The notes beneath the pieces were generated by a model. That model ran no database searches and had not been told where the DNA came from. It saw nothing but the letters and a program-made list of their open reading frames with translations. A stretch of DNA of 64,000 nucleotides from Elusimicrobiota bacterium (GTDB lineage Bacteria; Elusimicrobiota; Elusimicrobia; UBA1565; UBA9628): the NCBI GenBank assembly GCA_003452935.1, contig DMMY01000005.1, positions 57,858 through 121,857 on the forward strand. Reading direction: 5' to 3'. Within the stretch, counting starts at the first letter, position 1; every line of letters begins with the position of its first letter. A program made the position numbers and the translations under genes. This document shows positions 26,503-35,063 of the stretch, in pieces.

Positions 26503-28067
26503 GCGGCGAACCTCTTTCCGCGTCCAACCTTGGCGCGTGGCGTTGCGCGGCCATGGCTTTGTGCGCGGCCGTGCTGGCGGCCAATGTTTGGCATTTGCTG
26601 GTCCAGACCGCGCCTCCGGCATGGGACGACGCCTGGTATCTTGAGGTAAGCTTCCGTCTTTATCAGGCTCTCAAAGCCGGCTTGATGAATTTTCTGCAAT
26701 CTTATGCGCATGCCTTCCGCATCAAGGCTCCTCTGATCGCGGTGCTGCCTCTGCCGCTCTACGCGGTTTTCGGGACCGGGGAGCGCATTGCCCTGTGGGT
26801 CAACATGCTGGCCCTGCCCCTGACGTGGTTGTTCGCCTTCCGGATCGGCCGGCTGTTTTACGGGGAGAGAGCAGGACTGGCCGCGGCCATGGCTTGCGCC
26901 TTGCTGCCCTTAAGCTACGGCCTTTCGCGGTTTTTTTATGTCGAGTGCGTTTTGACGGCGTTCGTGACTTGGTCGGTATGGGAAATCCTGCGGGTTCGCG
27001 CCGATGACCGCTGGGCCGGCGCCAGGCTGGGAGCGCTTCTGGGCTTGGGGCTTCTGGCCAAGTCCTCATTTTTGCTCTATGTCATAGGCCCTATCTGGCT
27101 GCGCCGCGAAGCATTGCGTCCTCACGCCAAGACCGCCTTGGTTTGCGGGGGGCTCCTGGCCTCCACTTGGTATGCCTGGAATCTTCCCTTTGTCGCGGGA
27201 TTCGGACTGAGCGCGGGTTTTGGGAGCATCTCCCATAGCTACGGCAGTCATGCTCTATCTTACGCGGCCTTGCGCGGCTTCGCCGTCCAAGTTGTTTTTC
27301 AAGCATTGTCCTGGCCATACGCTCTCGTGGCGGTCGTCTTGCTCGCGGCCGCCTGGCAGAGCCGGCCGCGCCCTTGGAACTGGGGTGATCGCGAATGGTT
27401 CTTGCTTTTCTGGCTGGGGCTTCCGTTTCTGTGCGTGGCCTTGGCGGTCAATAAACAAGTGCGCTATCTTGCGCCCATCCTTCCAGCCCTGGCCGTGGCC
27501 GTAGGCGCGGCCGCGGCCGCAGTGGCTTCGGGAACGCTGCGCACCGCCATGGCGGCCCTGCTGACGCTGGCTCCGGCAGCGGTTTTTTGCGGCCAGACTT
27601 TCGGAATTCCAGAATCCAGGCCGATGTTTTTCAATGGGCCGCCTTCGCGCGATCCGGGCTGGGACCGGCGAGCCGTGGTGGAAACTTTAGTAGCAAAGGC
27701 TCCTGAGGGAGCGGTCGTGGCCATAGGTTTTGAGCATGCGCTTTTCAACGCGAACAATTTGGCTTCCTTGTCCTTTGCTTTGGGGCATCGTTATGAATTC
27801 GTCAACCTGGTCCAAGGGAACAATACGGTTGAGGACGCGCTGATCCGGCTCAAGGATAAATCAGCGGCCTACCTTATCATGGTCCAGGGGGAGCTTCCCG
27901 CAGAGGTCGGGACGCCCCATGATTTCCTCAACCGGGCCAATGCCGGGATTCAAGCCCGCCTCGGTGACGGAAGGCTGAAGGCGACGCGCTTGGACGCGAT
28001 CCCGGTCAGCCACAAGGTTTCGGCGGTTCTTTATAAGCTCGGCGTTGGCCGCGGGGACGAGGAATGA
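26499..28067 (+). CDS. ArnT/PMT-like (GT39/GT83-type) GT-C membrane glycosyltransferase
   Basis: 522 aa. PPAWDDAWYLEVSFRLYQ occupies the same first-loop position as the preceding paralog. It has 11-13 TM helices, and its start overlaps the upstream stop (ATGA coupling). Confidence 0.65.
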   Translation: MSGEPLSASNLGAWRCAAMALCAAVLAANVWHLLVQTAPPAWDDAWYLEVSFRLYQALKAGLMNFLQSYAHAFRIKAPLIAVLPLPLYAVFGTGERIALWVNMLALPLTWLFAFRIGRLFYGERAGLAAAMACALLPLSYGLSRFFYVECVLTAFVTWSVWEILRVRADDRWAGARLGALLGLGLLAKSSFLLYVIGPIWLRREALRPHAKTALVCGGLLASTWYAWNLPFVAGFGLSAGFGSISHSYGSHALSYAALRGFAVQVVFQALSWPYALVAVVLLAAAWQSRPRPWNWGDREWFLLFWLGLPFLCVALAVNKQVRYLAPILPALAVAVGAAAAAVASGTLRTAMAALLTLAPAAVFCGQTFGIPESRPMFFNGPPSRDPGWDRRAVVETLVAKAPEGAVVAIGFEHALFNANNLASLSFALGHRYEFVNLVQGNNTVEDALIRLKDKSAAYLIMVQGELPAEVGTPHDFLNRANAGIQARLGDGRLKATRLDAIPVSHKVSAVLYKLGVGRGDEE

Positions 28068-29404
28068 ACTGTTCCAGGGCAAGGGTTTTGTCCGGGAAAT
28101 TCGGTGCATCAGCGCTTTGGGTTTTGTTGCTTTCGGCAATCGGGGTTCGGTGGATTTCGGCCGTGGTCATGGATCGGCATCCGATTTTCCCGGAATATTA
28201 CTATGCGGATGCCCATCTTTATGATGCTCAAGCTCGCGTTCACGCTGCGACCATGAGGGGGGGAGTCTTTCAGCCGTCGAATCTGACCCCGGGTCGGGAA
28301 CTCTATACCCGCTGGGTGGCTTGTCTTTACTATCTTGCGGGGCCGTGTCCTCTTTTGCCGATGCTTATCAATGGTGTCTTGGCGGGAGCGGCCATCCTGC
28401 TTTGGCACCGGATCGTCTTGTCCGCCAGCAGGGATAACGGACCGCCTGGACGGCGCGTTGCTTTTTGGGCGGTTTTATTCCTCGCTTTTTGGCCGACGCA
28501 TGTTTTTTATACGTCCCAGAATCTTAAGGAAGCCATGATGCTTTCGGCCTTGGCTGCCGCGTTTTTGTCCATTGCCGGCCGCCGGGATTCCAACGAGAAG
28601 AGTTGGATCGTGTTTTCGCGGATTGCCGCGGGAGGAGCGGCTCTTTTCTTTTGCGGCCTGCTGCGGGCTCATATCCTGCCTTTGGCAGCCGCGGCCTTGC
28701 TGGGGGGGGAGGTCTGGAGATTCCTTACGGTCCGCCGTCCGGAAGCGCGCAGAGTCGGGGCGCTGGTCTTTCTGGGTGTGATCGGGGTTGTTGTCTTGTT
28801 TCAAGTTGTCTCGCCTTTGATTTTCAACCGGCTTAAGTCCTATGGGCCGGATGCGTCGGTGCCTTTTGTCAGAGATTTGACGCAGTCCTCGGGCAATGTG
28901 AGGCCGTATAGCCAATGGAGCGCGGCGTGGTTGACGGATTTTCGCAAGATCCGGCAGCAGCGCGACCAGCAATGGGCCTTGCGCAAGGAAGCGCGGCAAA
29001 TTCAAACCCAGATTTTTCCCGACGCGGAATTCCGGGATTGGCAGGATATCTGTTTCTTTCTTCCTAAGGCCGCGTTCTACGTCCTTTTCATGCCTCTGCC
29101 CGGCCTCTACGACATGAGCGAAAATCTCGGCCGCTGGTTGGCCTCGTTGGAGAACTTGGCTCTGCTGACAATGTTCATCGCGGCGTTGTCCGGCCTGCGC
29201 CGGCGCTGGAATTGGGCCATGGCCGGGCCCTGCGCCTTGTTTTTCGCGTTAATGTGGCTGGCGAGTGCCTTGACCGAGGTTGACCTTGGCAGCGCTACCC
29301 GGCATCGTTTGATCTACTTTCCTTTTCTTTTGCCCTTTACCGCTGTACAGGCTTCAGCCTTCTGGGATTGGCTGCGCGAGCATATAAGGGAGAGGGTGGG
29401 CTAA
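28064..29404 (+). CDS. Polytopic membrane protein, paralog of the N-terminal domain of 16991..19366 (GT-C-like candidate)
   Basis: 446 aa, multi-TM. Shares with 16991..19366 the N-terminal motif HPIFPEYYYADAHLYD (vs KPVFPAHYYTDARLME) and the C-terminal motif VDLGSATRHRLIYFPFLLPF (vs FDLGSATRHKILYLPLLFPF). Start overlaps the upstream stop. Confidence 0.5.
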   Translation: MNCSRARVLSGKFGASALWVLLLSAIGVRWISAVVMDRHPIFPEYYYADAHLYDAQARVHAATMRGGVFQPSNLTPGRELYTRWVACLYYLAGPCPLLPMLINGVLAGAAILLWHRIVLSASRDNGPPGRRVAFWAVLFLAFWPTHVFYTSQNLKEAMMLSALAAAFLSIAGRRDSNEKSWIVFSRIAAGGAALFFCGLLRAHILPLAAAALLGGEVWRFLTVRRPEARRVGALVFLGVIGVVVLFQVVSPLIFNRLKSYGPDASVPFVRDLTQSSGNVRPYSQWSAAWLTDFRKIRQQRDQQWALRKEARQIQTQIFPDAEFRDWQDICFFLPKAAFYVLFMPLPGLYDMSENLGRWLASLENLALLTMFIAALSGLRRRWNWAMAGPCALFFALMWLASALTEVDLGSATRHRLIYFPFLLPFTAVQASAFWDWLREHIRERVG

Positions 29405-30396
29405 AGTCCGCGGCCGCGCAGGTCGTGGATCTGCACCAGGCCCACGGCCCGGCCGCGGCCGTCCACCACGGGCAGGACGTTGAAAGGCCTGCGCCGCAGC
29501 TCCATGATCTCGATGGCGCGCGAGGCCAGGGCTTCGGGCCGGATCGTGGTGGGGCGCGGGTTCATGATCCGCGGGATGGAAAGCTCCTGGAGGTTGCGGC
29601 CCTGCTCCAGCGGCTTGCGGATGTCGCAGTCCGTGACCAGGCCCTTGAGCCGGCCCTGCCGGTCCACCACGCACACGGCGCCCGCGTGCTGCCGGGTGAT
29701 CTCCACGAGCATGTGGGAGACCGCGTCGTCCTCGCGCACCAGCGGCAGGCGCTTGCCCGCGCGCATGACGTCGGCCACGGTCAGGGTCAGGCGCCGGCCC
29801 AGCTGTCCGGCCGGGTGGTTGCGCGCGAACTCGTCGCTTTTAAAATTCCTGAGCCTCATAAGGGCCACGGCCAGGGCGTCGCCCACGGCCAAAGCCGCGG
29901 TGGTGCTGCAAGTCGGGGTGAGGTTGAGCGGGCAGGCTTCCTGGGTGGCGGGCGTGACCAGGACCACGCAGGCGTGCCGGGCCAAGGTCGAGTGCGGGTC
30001 GGACGTGACGGCGATTACCTTGGCGCCGATGGCGCGCAGCCGGGGCAGTAGTTCATTGAGCTCGGCCGATTCGCCGGACTTGCCGATGGCCACGACCAGG
30101 TCCTGGCGCTGGACCACGCCGAGGCCGCCGTGCATGGCTTCGGCCGGGTCAAGGTGCAGGGCGGGAGTCCCGGTCGAGGCCAATGTGGCGGCTATTTTCT
30201 GGGCGATGAGCCCGGACTTGCCCACGCCGGTCATGATGACCTTGCCGCGGCAGCGGGCCATGAGGCGCGCCGCGGCCGCGTAGTCGCCGTTGACCGAGTC
30301 CCGCAGCCGGGCAAGGGTCCTGGCCTCGAGGCCGATGACCCGCCGCATCTCGGCGGCGATGTCCAAGGGCGCGGCGCGGCGTTTCTTGGCTTTCAT
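29401..30396 (-). CDS. kpsF: KpsF/GutQ-family arabinose-5-phosphate isomerase (SIS domain + tandem CBS domains)
   Basis: SIS motif VIMTGVGKSGLIAQKIAATL, the acidic sugar-isomerase core, and two C-terminal CBS repeats. 331 aa, the right size for KdsD/KpsF. Confidence 0.85.
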   Translation of the reverse strand: MKAKKRRAAPLDIAAEMRRVIGLEARTLARLRDSVNGDYAAAARLMARCRGKVIMTGVGKSGLIAQKIAATLASTGTPALHLDPAEAMHGGLGVVQRQDLVVAIGKSGESAELNELLPRLRAIGAKVIAVTSDPHSTLARHACVVLVTPATQEACPLNLTPTCSTTAALAVGDALAVALMRLRNFKSDEFARNHPAGQLGRRLTLTVADVMRAGKRLPLVREDDAVSHMLVEITRQHAGAVCVVDRQGRLKGLVTDCDIRKPLEQGRNLQELSIPRIMNPRPTTIRPEALASRAIEIMELRRRPFNVLPVVDGRGRAVGLVQIHDLRGRGL

Positions 30397-30953
30397 GAGA
30401 GGCGGAAATCTATGTCCTCGAAGTCCACGAGGCTCAGGTAGCGGCGGCCGTTGGCGGTCTTGGGCGGGGCTTCCAAGGTCGCGCAGAGCGCCAGATCCAC
30501 GCCTGGCGGGATCTCTTGGAACCGCGGCACGAAGGTGAAGGCGGCGTTAGGCAGGGGCAGGTCGGAGACGGTATCCCGCAGAAGCTCCAGTATCTCATCC
30601 TGGGCTACCAGCACGAACTCGCGCCTTCCCTGCCGGTACTCCTGGGTCAGGGCCGTGGTGATGTTCTCCTGGATCTGGCGGAAAATGCGCACGGTGTAGC
30701 GGGTATAAAAGTAGGCTTTGCGGGTCTTCTCCACCGCGCCTTTCAAGGTCAGCAAATACTGGGTTCGCTTCCAATCAAGCTGGGTGATCTTGATAAGGCC
30801 CTTGCGCGCCAGCCTGCGGATGAGCAGGTTGGTCATGCCCAGGGAGAGCCCTAGGCTTTCGGAGAGGTCGCGCTGCGTGCGGGTGGGCTTGCGGGATATC
30901 TCCTGGATGAGGAGGAATTCGTTTTCCTCTAAAGTCTCGGTGGAAGTAGGCAT
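30393..30953 (-). CDS. Winged helix-turn-helix transcriptional regulator (MarR/PadR-like N-terminus)
   Basis: LIQEISRKPTRTQRDLSESLGLSLGMTNLLIRRLARKGLI matches an HTH-plus-wing. The track ORF starts at a TTG at 30989, but that lies upstream of the predicted TSS, so the ATG at 30953 (MPTSTETLEENEF) is preferred. Co-directional and overlapping with kpsF. Confidence 0.55.
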   Translation of the reverse strand: MPTSTETLEENEFLLIQEISRKPTRTQRDLSESLGLSLGMTNLLIRRLARKGLIKITQLDWKRTQYLLTLKGAVEKTRKAYFYTRYTVRIFRQIQENITTALTQEYRQGRREFVLVAQDEILELLRDTVSDLPLPNAAFTFVPRFQEIPPGVDLALCATLEAPPKTANGRRYLSLVDFEDIDFRLS

Positions 30954-30979
30954 GGTCGGACTTTGTTCGAAGATTGAAC

Positions 30980-31008
30980 ATTGTACCAATTGGCCGTCGT
31001 CAGGTCAA
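30980..31008 (-). promoter_or_regulatory. Promoter/operator B: -35 TTGACC, 17 nt, -10 TACAAT, with an overlapping TGTTCgAAgaTTgAACA imperfect inverted repeat (30964-30980) just downstream
   Basis: The minus strand reads ctTTGACCtgacgacggccaattggTACAATgttcaatcttcgaacaaagtccgaccATG. It has the same architecture and about 30 nt of near-identity with the element upstream of pseB (57568..57596). Confidence 0.5.
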
Positions 31009-33429
31009 AGCCGCGTCCGGATTTCGGGGAACGTGCAGCAGGTAGTAAGAGAGACCCAGCAGATAGGCGCCGACAAGCGCCATGCCCGCTCCCCACACTC
31101 CCCAGCGGGGGATGAGCCAGAGTCCCAGTCCGACGTTTCCCAGCCCGGCCAGCAGGTTGCCGACGACCGAGACGCGCAGGCCTGAGAAGTCGCGGGCCAT
31201 GAACAGGGCGGCGCAGATTCCGTGGAGCAGGATAAGGGCCGCGGCCAGGGCAAAAGTCGCGATCCAGGCCCAGTGGAACGGATATTGCCGGCCGAATATG
31301 GACAGGGCCGCCACGGCGCTCAAGGAGAAAAGCAGGAGGGAGGCCGCGGCCAGGGCCGGGCGCAGGCGGCGCAGGCTGCGCCAGGCCTCGTTCTGGCCCT
31401 CGGGGTTGCTGGCCACCGGCACCAGGACAGAGGTGATGATGTAGAGAAACGCGAGGCTGATCTGCGCGGTGGACGTGAAATAGGCGCTGAATATGCCTAC
31501 CTGGTGCGCGTCGAAGAACCGGTTCAGGAAGAGCCGGCCCGGGCCCACGATGCAGGCCGCGGTCAGGAGGTTGAGCGCGGCCATCAAGGTGTAGCTGAAG
31601 ACGATTCGGATGGCGGCCGGATCAAAGATAGGCTTGAGGTAGGTCCTGAGGTTCCAGCCCGAATATACCGCGGCCAGGGCCAGGCTCAGGCACAAGGTCA
31701 GGATGATGGCGTGGTAGGTTCGGGTGCCGTGCAGCACGAAGACCAGGAAGAACAGGGGAGCGGAGAAGCCGTAAACGGCCTCGGACAAGCCGCGCTCCGC
31801 GAAGCGCTGCAGCCCCAGAAGGGGGCTGGAGATGACCACATAGAGGGCCGTGCAGAAGGAGAAAATAATGGAGTCCGTGATGATTTCCGCTGGCACATTG
31901 AGGGAGCCGGCGATGGCGCCTCGCAAAAATGTCAAGGCCGCCAAACAGAGGACGGCCCAAAGCCCGAACATGCTCAGGGTCGTGGAGACGAGTTTTTCCC
32001 GCGCCGGCCGGGAGGGTTCGCTGGAGGGGAACTTGCTCAAGGCCCATTGAAAACCCATCATGGGCAGGATCTGGATGAATGAGGCGATGGCGATGACGAG
32101 GTTGGCCTTCCCGAAATGTTGGGGTCCCAGCACCCGTCCGGCCAGTATCTGGGTCGCCAAGGTGGAGATTTTGGCCATGCCGTAAAGCAGTCCGATCCAG
32201 GTGAATCCCCGCAGAAACGAGCGGGCGTGCTTGCGCTCCCACCAGGGCCCGTCCGCGCACGCGGCGGCCTGACCGGACGCGGCGGGCCGCCGAACCTCTT
32301 GCCAGGCCTTGCGCATCGCCGCCCGGAAGCGGCCGAACTCGGCCGGGTAGGTGTGCTCCAGAGCCAGGCTTCGGCGCTCTTCGCGCAGTCCGGCGGTCTC
32401 GGTGGCGGGCAGGTTACGGGCGATGCGCACCCAGTCCTCGGGAGAGTCCGCCACGTAGACGAGGCGGCGCAGGGGAGCGAAGGCCGGCAGGGGGGTGGCG
32501 AGGATGGGCCGGCCCATGGCCAGGCATTCGTATATCTTGGCCGGGATCACGCCCAGCAGGAACGGGTTGATGCGGTAGGGCAGGATGAAGACGTCGAAAT
32601 TTTCGAGGCGCTGAACCAATTGCTCGCGCGGGACCGGCGGCAGTCGCCGTATGGCGGGGGGCAGGGGCGAAGCCGAGCCCTTGGAGAAGCCGCTTACCGT
32701 CACGCTGAAACCCGCCTCGGCAAGCGCGACGGGAAACCGTGGATCGAGGTCCTGGCCCCAGGTTCCGTAATAGCAGAACCTGAGAAACCTCTGCTCGGCG
32801 GGGCGGGCCGCGAAGAAAGACTCCGGCACCCCTTGATGGATCTGAACCACGTTGCCGTGCTCCGCCCTTTTCTGCTCATAGAGGAAGTCCGAATCGCAGA
32901 TTACGAGATCCGCGCGTCCGAGCAGTTCGGCTTCCTGCCGGGCGAAGTCCTTTGGGGCTCGGGGATGGGCGCGGAAATTGGAAGCGCAGTCGTAAATGAC
33001 CGCGGCGGGCTGCAGCTGGCGCACAAGCTCCAGCGTCGTGGCCGTTGGAAAATACGTTATGACCAGGGGATGGCGGCGCAGGCCCCGGCTGCGCAGGGAG
33101 GCGATGAGCTGCGGGATCAGAATGCCCGCGTTGAAACGCCGGAAGGGAGGGTAGGTCGGCGGCAAGAGCTGGGGCGGCATGACGCGCAGAGCATGCGGCA
33201 GGGACTCCTGGGACGACGGGTCGGGAGCGTCGGCCAATCTGCGCAGTTTGCGCCAGAGGCGCGGAAGGTCTTTGAGTCCCGGGTTTCTAAATCCGGAGTT
33301 TTCCACGAAAAAGACTTCATGCCCGGCTTGGGCCAGCTGCCAGGCGAATATCTGGTGGCGCTGCCAGGCCGCGTCCCAGTCGATGCTGCTCAGGACCACG
33401 ACTTGGGACTTTTCGAACTCTTCCATCAA
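31000..33429 (-). CDS. Bifunctional fusion: N-terminal TuaH-like GT4 glycosyltransferase plus a C-terminal Wzx-type (MOP superfamily) polysaccharide flippase
   Basis: Residues 1-~400 match the TuaH/WcaL-like GT4 pattern: VVVLSSIDWDAAWQRHQIFAWQLAQAGHEVFFVEN...IYECLAMGRPILATP. Residues ~410-809 are a 12-TM polysaccharide-biosynthesis (Wzx) type transporter: MAKISTLATQILAGRVLGPQHFGKANLVIAIASFIQILP... Last gene of the long operon. Confidence 0.7.
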   Translation of the reverse strand: MMEEFEKSQVVVLSSIDWDAAWQRHQIFAWQLAQAGHEVFFVENSGFRNPGLKDLPRLWRKLRRLADAPDPSSQESLPHALRVMPPQLLPPTYPPFRRFNAGILIPQLIASLRSRGLRRHPLVITYFPTATTLELVRQLQPAAVIYDCASNFRAHPRAPKDFARQEAELLGRADLVICDSDFLYEQKRAEHGNVVQIHQGVPESFFAARPAEQRFLRFCYYGTWGQDLDPRFPVALAEAGFSVTVSGFSKGSASPLPPAIRRLPPVPREQLVQRLENFDVFILPYRINPFLLGVIPAKIYECLAMGRPILATPLPAFAPLRRLVYVADSPEDWVRIARNLPATETAGLREERRSLALEHTYPAEFGRFRAAMRKAWQEVRRPAASGQAAACADGPWWERKHARSFLRGFTWIGLLYGMAKISTLATQILAGRVLGPQHFGKANLVIAIASFIQILPMMGFQWALSKFPSSEPSRPAREKLVSTTLSMFGLWAVLCLAALTFLRGAIAGSLNVPAEIITDSIIFSFCTALYVVISSPLLGLQRFAERGLSEAVYGFSAPLFFLVFVLHGTRTYHAIILTLCLSLALAAVYSGWNLRTYLKPIFDPAAIRIVFSYTLMAALNLLTAACIVGPGRLFLNRFFDAHQVGIFSAYFTSTAQISLAFLYIITSVLVPVASNPEGQNEAWRSLRRLRPALAAASLLLFSLSAVAALSIFGRQYPFHWAWIATFALAAALILLHGICAALFMARDFSGLRVSVVGNLLAGLGNVGLGLWLIPRWGVWGAGMALVGAYLLGLSYYLLHVPRNPDAALT

Positions 33430-34352
33430 TCGCCTGCCGGCTGCGCGGCCCGGGCCAGGGCCCAGTCATAGGTGTCGCGCAGGGTGCGCTCCAGGCTCAG
33501 GCGGGGCCGCCAGCCGGTGAGCCGGCGCAGCTTGCGGTAGGAGCAGGCCACGTGCAGGGCTTCGCCGCGGCGGCGCCTTGAGGCTTCGCCGCGCGCCTGG
33601 GCGCGAATCCCGGCGACGGTCATGAGCCGCCGCAGCATGGCTCCGGTTGAAACCGCCGCGCCGGAGGAGACGTTATAGATTTCTCCCGAAACGCCGCGCT
33701 CGGCCAGCATGGCCAGGGCGCGGGCCGCGTCTCGGACGTCGATGAGATCCCGGCTGGAACGGAGATTGCCGACTTTGATGAGCGGGGGCTGCGATCCCCG
33801 CTTGATGCGGGCCAGCTGCCGGGCGAACGTCCCGAGCGCCAGGTTTTCCGGCATGCCGGGACCTACGAGATTGGCGATGCGGGCCACGACTACGTCGAGG
33901 CCCGCGTGGCGGTAGGAAAGGGCGGTCAAGGATTGGCTGAGTTTCATGGCGCCATAAAGCGTCAGTGGCCGAGGGGGAAAATCCTCGGTCAGGAGGCCGC
34001 CGGCAGCGGCGCCGTACTCGGCCGACGAGCCTGCCGTCACGACCCTCACGCGCTCGGGCCGGGGCAGGCTCCTGACGGCTTCCAGAAGGTTCACGGTCGA
34101 GTTGGCAAAGGTTGCCCAAAGTTCGTCCCAGGGCCGGGCCAGCGTCGTTCCCGCCAGGTGAAAGATGACCGCGGGGGATACGCGGCGCACGGCCCGCCCC
34201 GCGGCCGCGGGATCGCGCAGGTCGCAGGTGATGATCCCCGGGCCCGGCACATGGTCGAGGCGGGCCACTCGGGCGCCGGGGCGACGGCGGCGCAGTTCCG
34301 CCGCAAGATGGCCGGCCAAGAAACCCCGGCCCCCGGTGATGAGGAAGGTCAT
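33426..34352 (-). CDS. NAD-dependent epimerase/dehydratase family protein (SDR)
   Basis: The real start is MTFLITGGRGFLAGHL (Rossmann). The 107 upstream codons of the track ORF are Arg/Pro-rich non-coding. Active-site YGAMK (YxxxK) is present. The ATG overlaps the upstream stop (ATGA). Confidence 0.75.
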   Translation of the reverse strand: MTFLITGGRGFLAGHLAAELRRRRPGARVARLDHVPGPGIITCDLRDPAAAGRAVRRVSPAVIFHLAGTTLARPWDELWATFANSTVNLLEAVRSLPRPERVRVVTAGSSAEYGAAAGGLLTEDFPPRPLTLYGAMKLSQSLTALSYRHAGLDVVVARIANLVGPGMPENLALGTFARQLARIKRGSQPPLIKVGNLRSSRDLIDVRDAARALAMLAERGVSGEIYNVSSGAAVSTGAMLRRLMTVAGIRAQARGEASRRRRGEALHVACSYRKLRRLTGWRPRLSLERTLRDTYDWALARAAQPAGD

Positions 34353-35062
34353 CGCCGCAGATACTTGGCGCGGCCTTGGGGCGACGAGAACAGGTCTTGG
34401 GCGGCTTGATAGTCCTCGGGCCGGCCGATGTCCAGCCACTCGGCGCCGTTGCGAAAGCCGATGACGGGCTCTCCGGCTTCGCGCAAGCGGGAGATGAGCT
34501 CTGGGATGCCGATGGCCTCCCCCGGCCGGATGAGGCCCAGGACCTTCCGGTCGAAGACGTTGACGCCCATGCTGACCAGGTAGCGGTAGGCGGGCTTTTC
34601 CACATAGGCCTGGAGCCGGTTCTCGGCGTCGAGGCGGATGGTTCCGAAATCCACGAGAGTCTGGCGCTGGCACACCGCGATCGTGGCCGCGGCCCGGGAG
34701 CGTCGATGGCCGGCGAAGAGCGCGCGAAAATCCAGGGTGGTGAGGATGTCTCCGTTGATGGTGAGAAAATCCTCGCGCAGGCCGCGGATAAGCTTGAGCG
34801 CGCCGGCCGTGGAGAGCGGCTTGTCCTCGCGCACGTAGCGGATGCGCAGCCGCCAGCGGCGGCCGTCGCCGCAGTAGGCCTCGATGAGCTCGGCCAGATG
34901 GCCGGTGGACACGATGACCTCGTTGAAGCCGAAGTGCTTGAGCTGGCGCAGCACGATCTCGATGATGGGATAGTCGCCCACCGGGACCAGGGGCTTGGGC
35001 AGGGAGGTGGTAAAAGGCCTCAACCGCGTGCCCTTGCCGCCCGCCAGGATGACCGCTTGCAT
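34349..35062 (-). CDS. Sugar-phosphate nucleotidyltransferase (NTP_transferase; glucose-1-P cytidylyl/thymidylyltransferase-like)
   Basis: N-terminal MQAVILAGGKGTRLRPFTTSLPKPLVPV signature of nucleotidyl transferases; 237 aa. Confidence 0.85.
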   Translation of the reverse strand: MQAVILAGGKGTRLRPFTTSLPKPLVPVGDYPIIEIVLRQLKHFGFNEVIVSTGHLAELIEAYCGDGRRWRLRIRYVREDKPLSTAGALKLIRGLREDFLTINGDILTTLDFRALFAGHRRSRAAATIAVCQRQTLVDFGTIRLDAENRLQAYVEKPAYRYLVSMGVNVFDRKVLGLIRPGEAIGIPELISRLREAGEPVIGFRNGAEWLDIGRPEDYQAAQDLFSSPQGRAKYLRR

Positions 35063-35063
35063 A

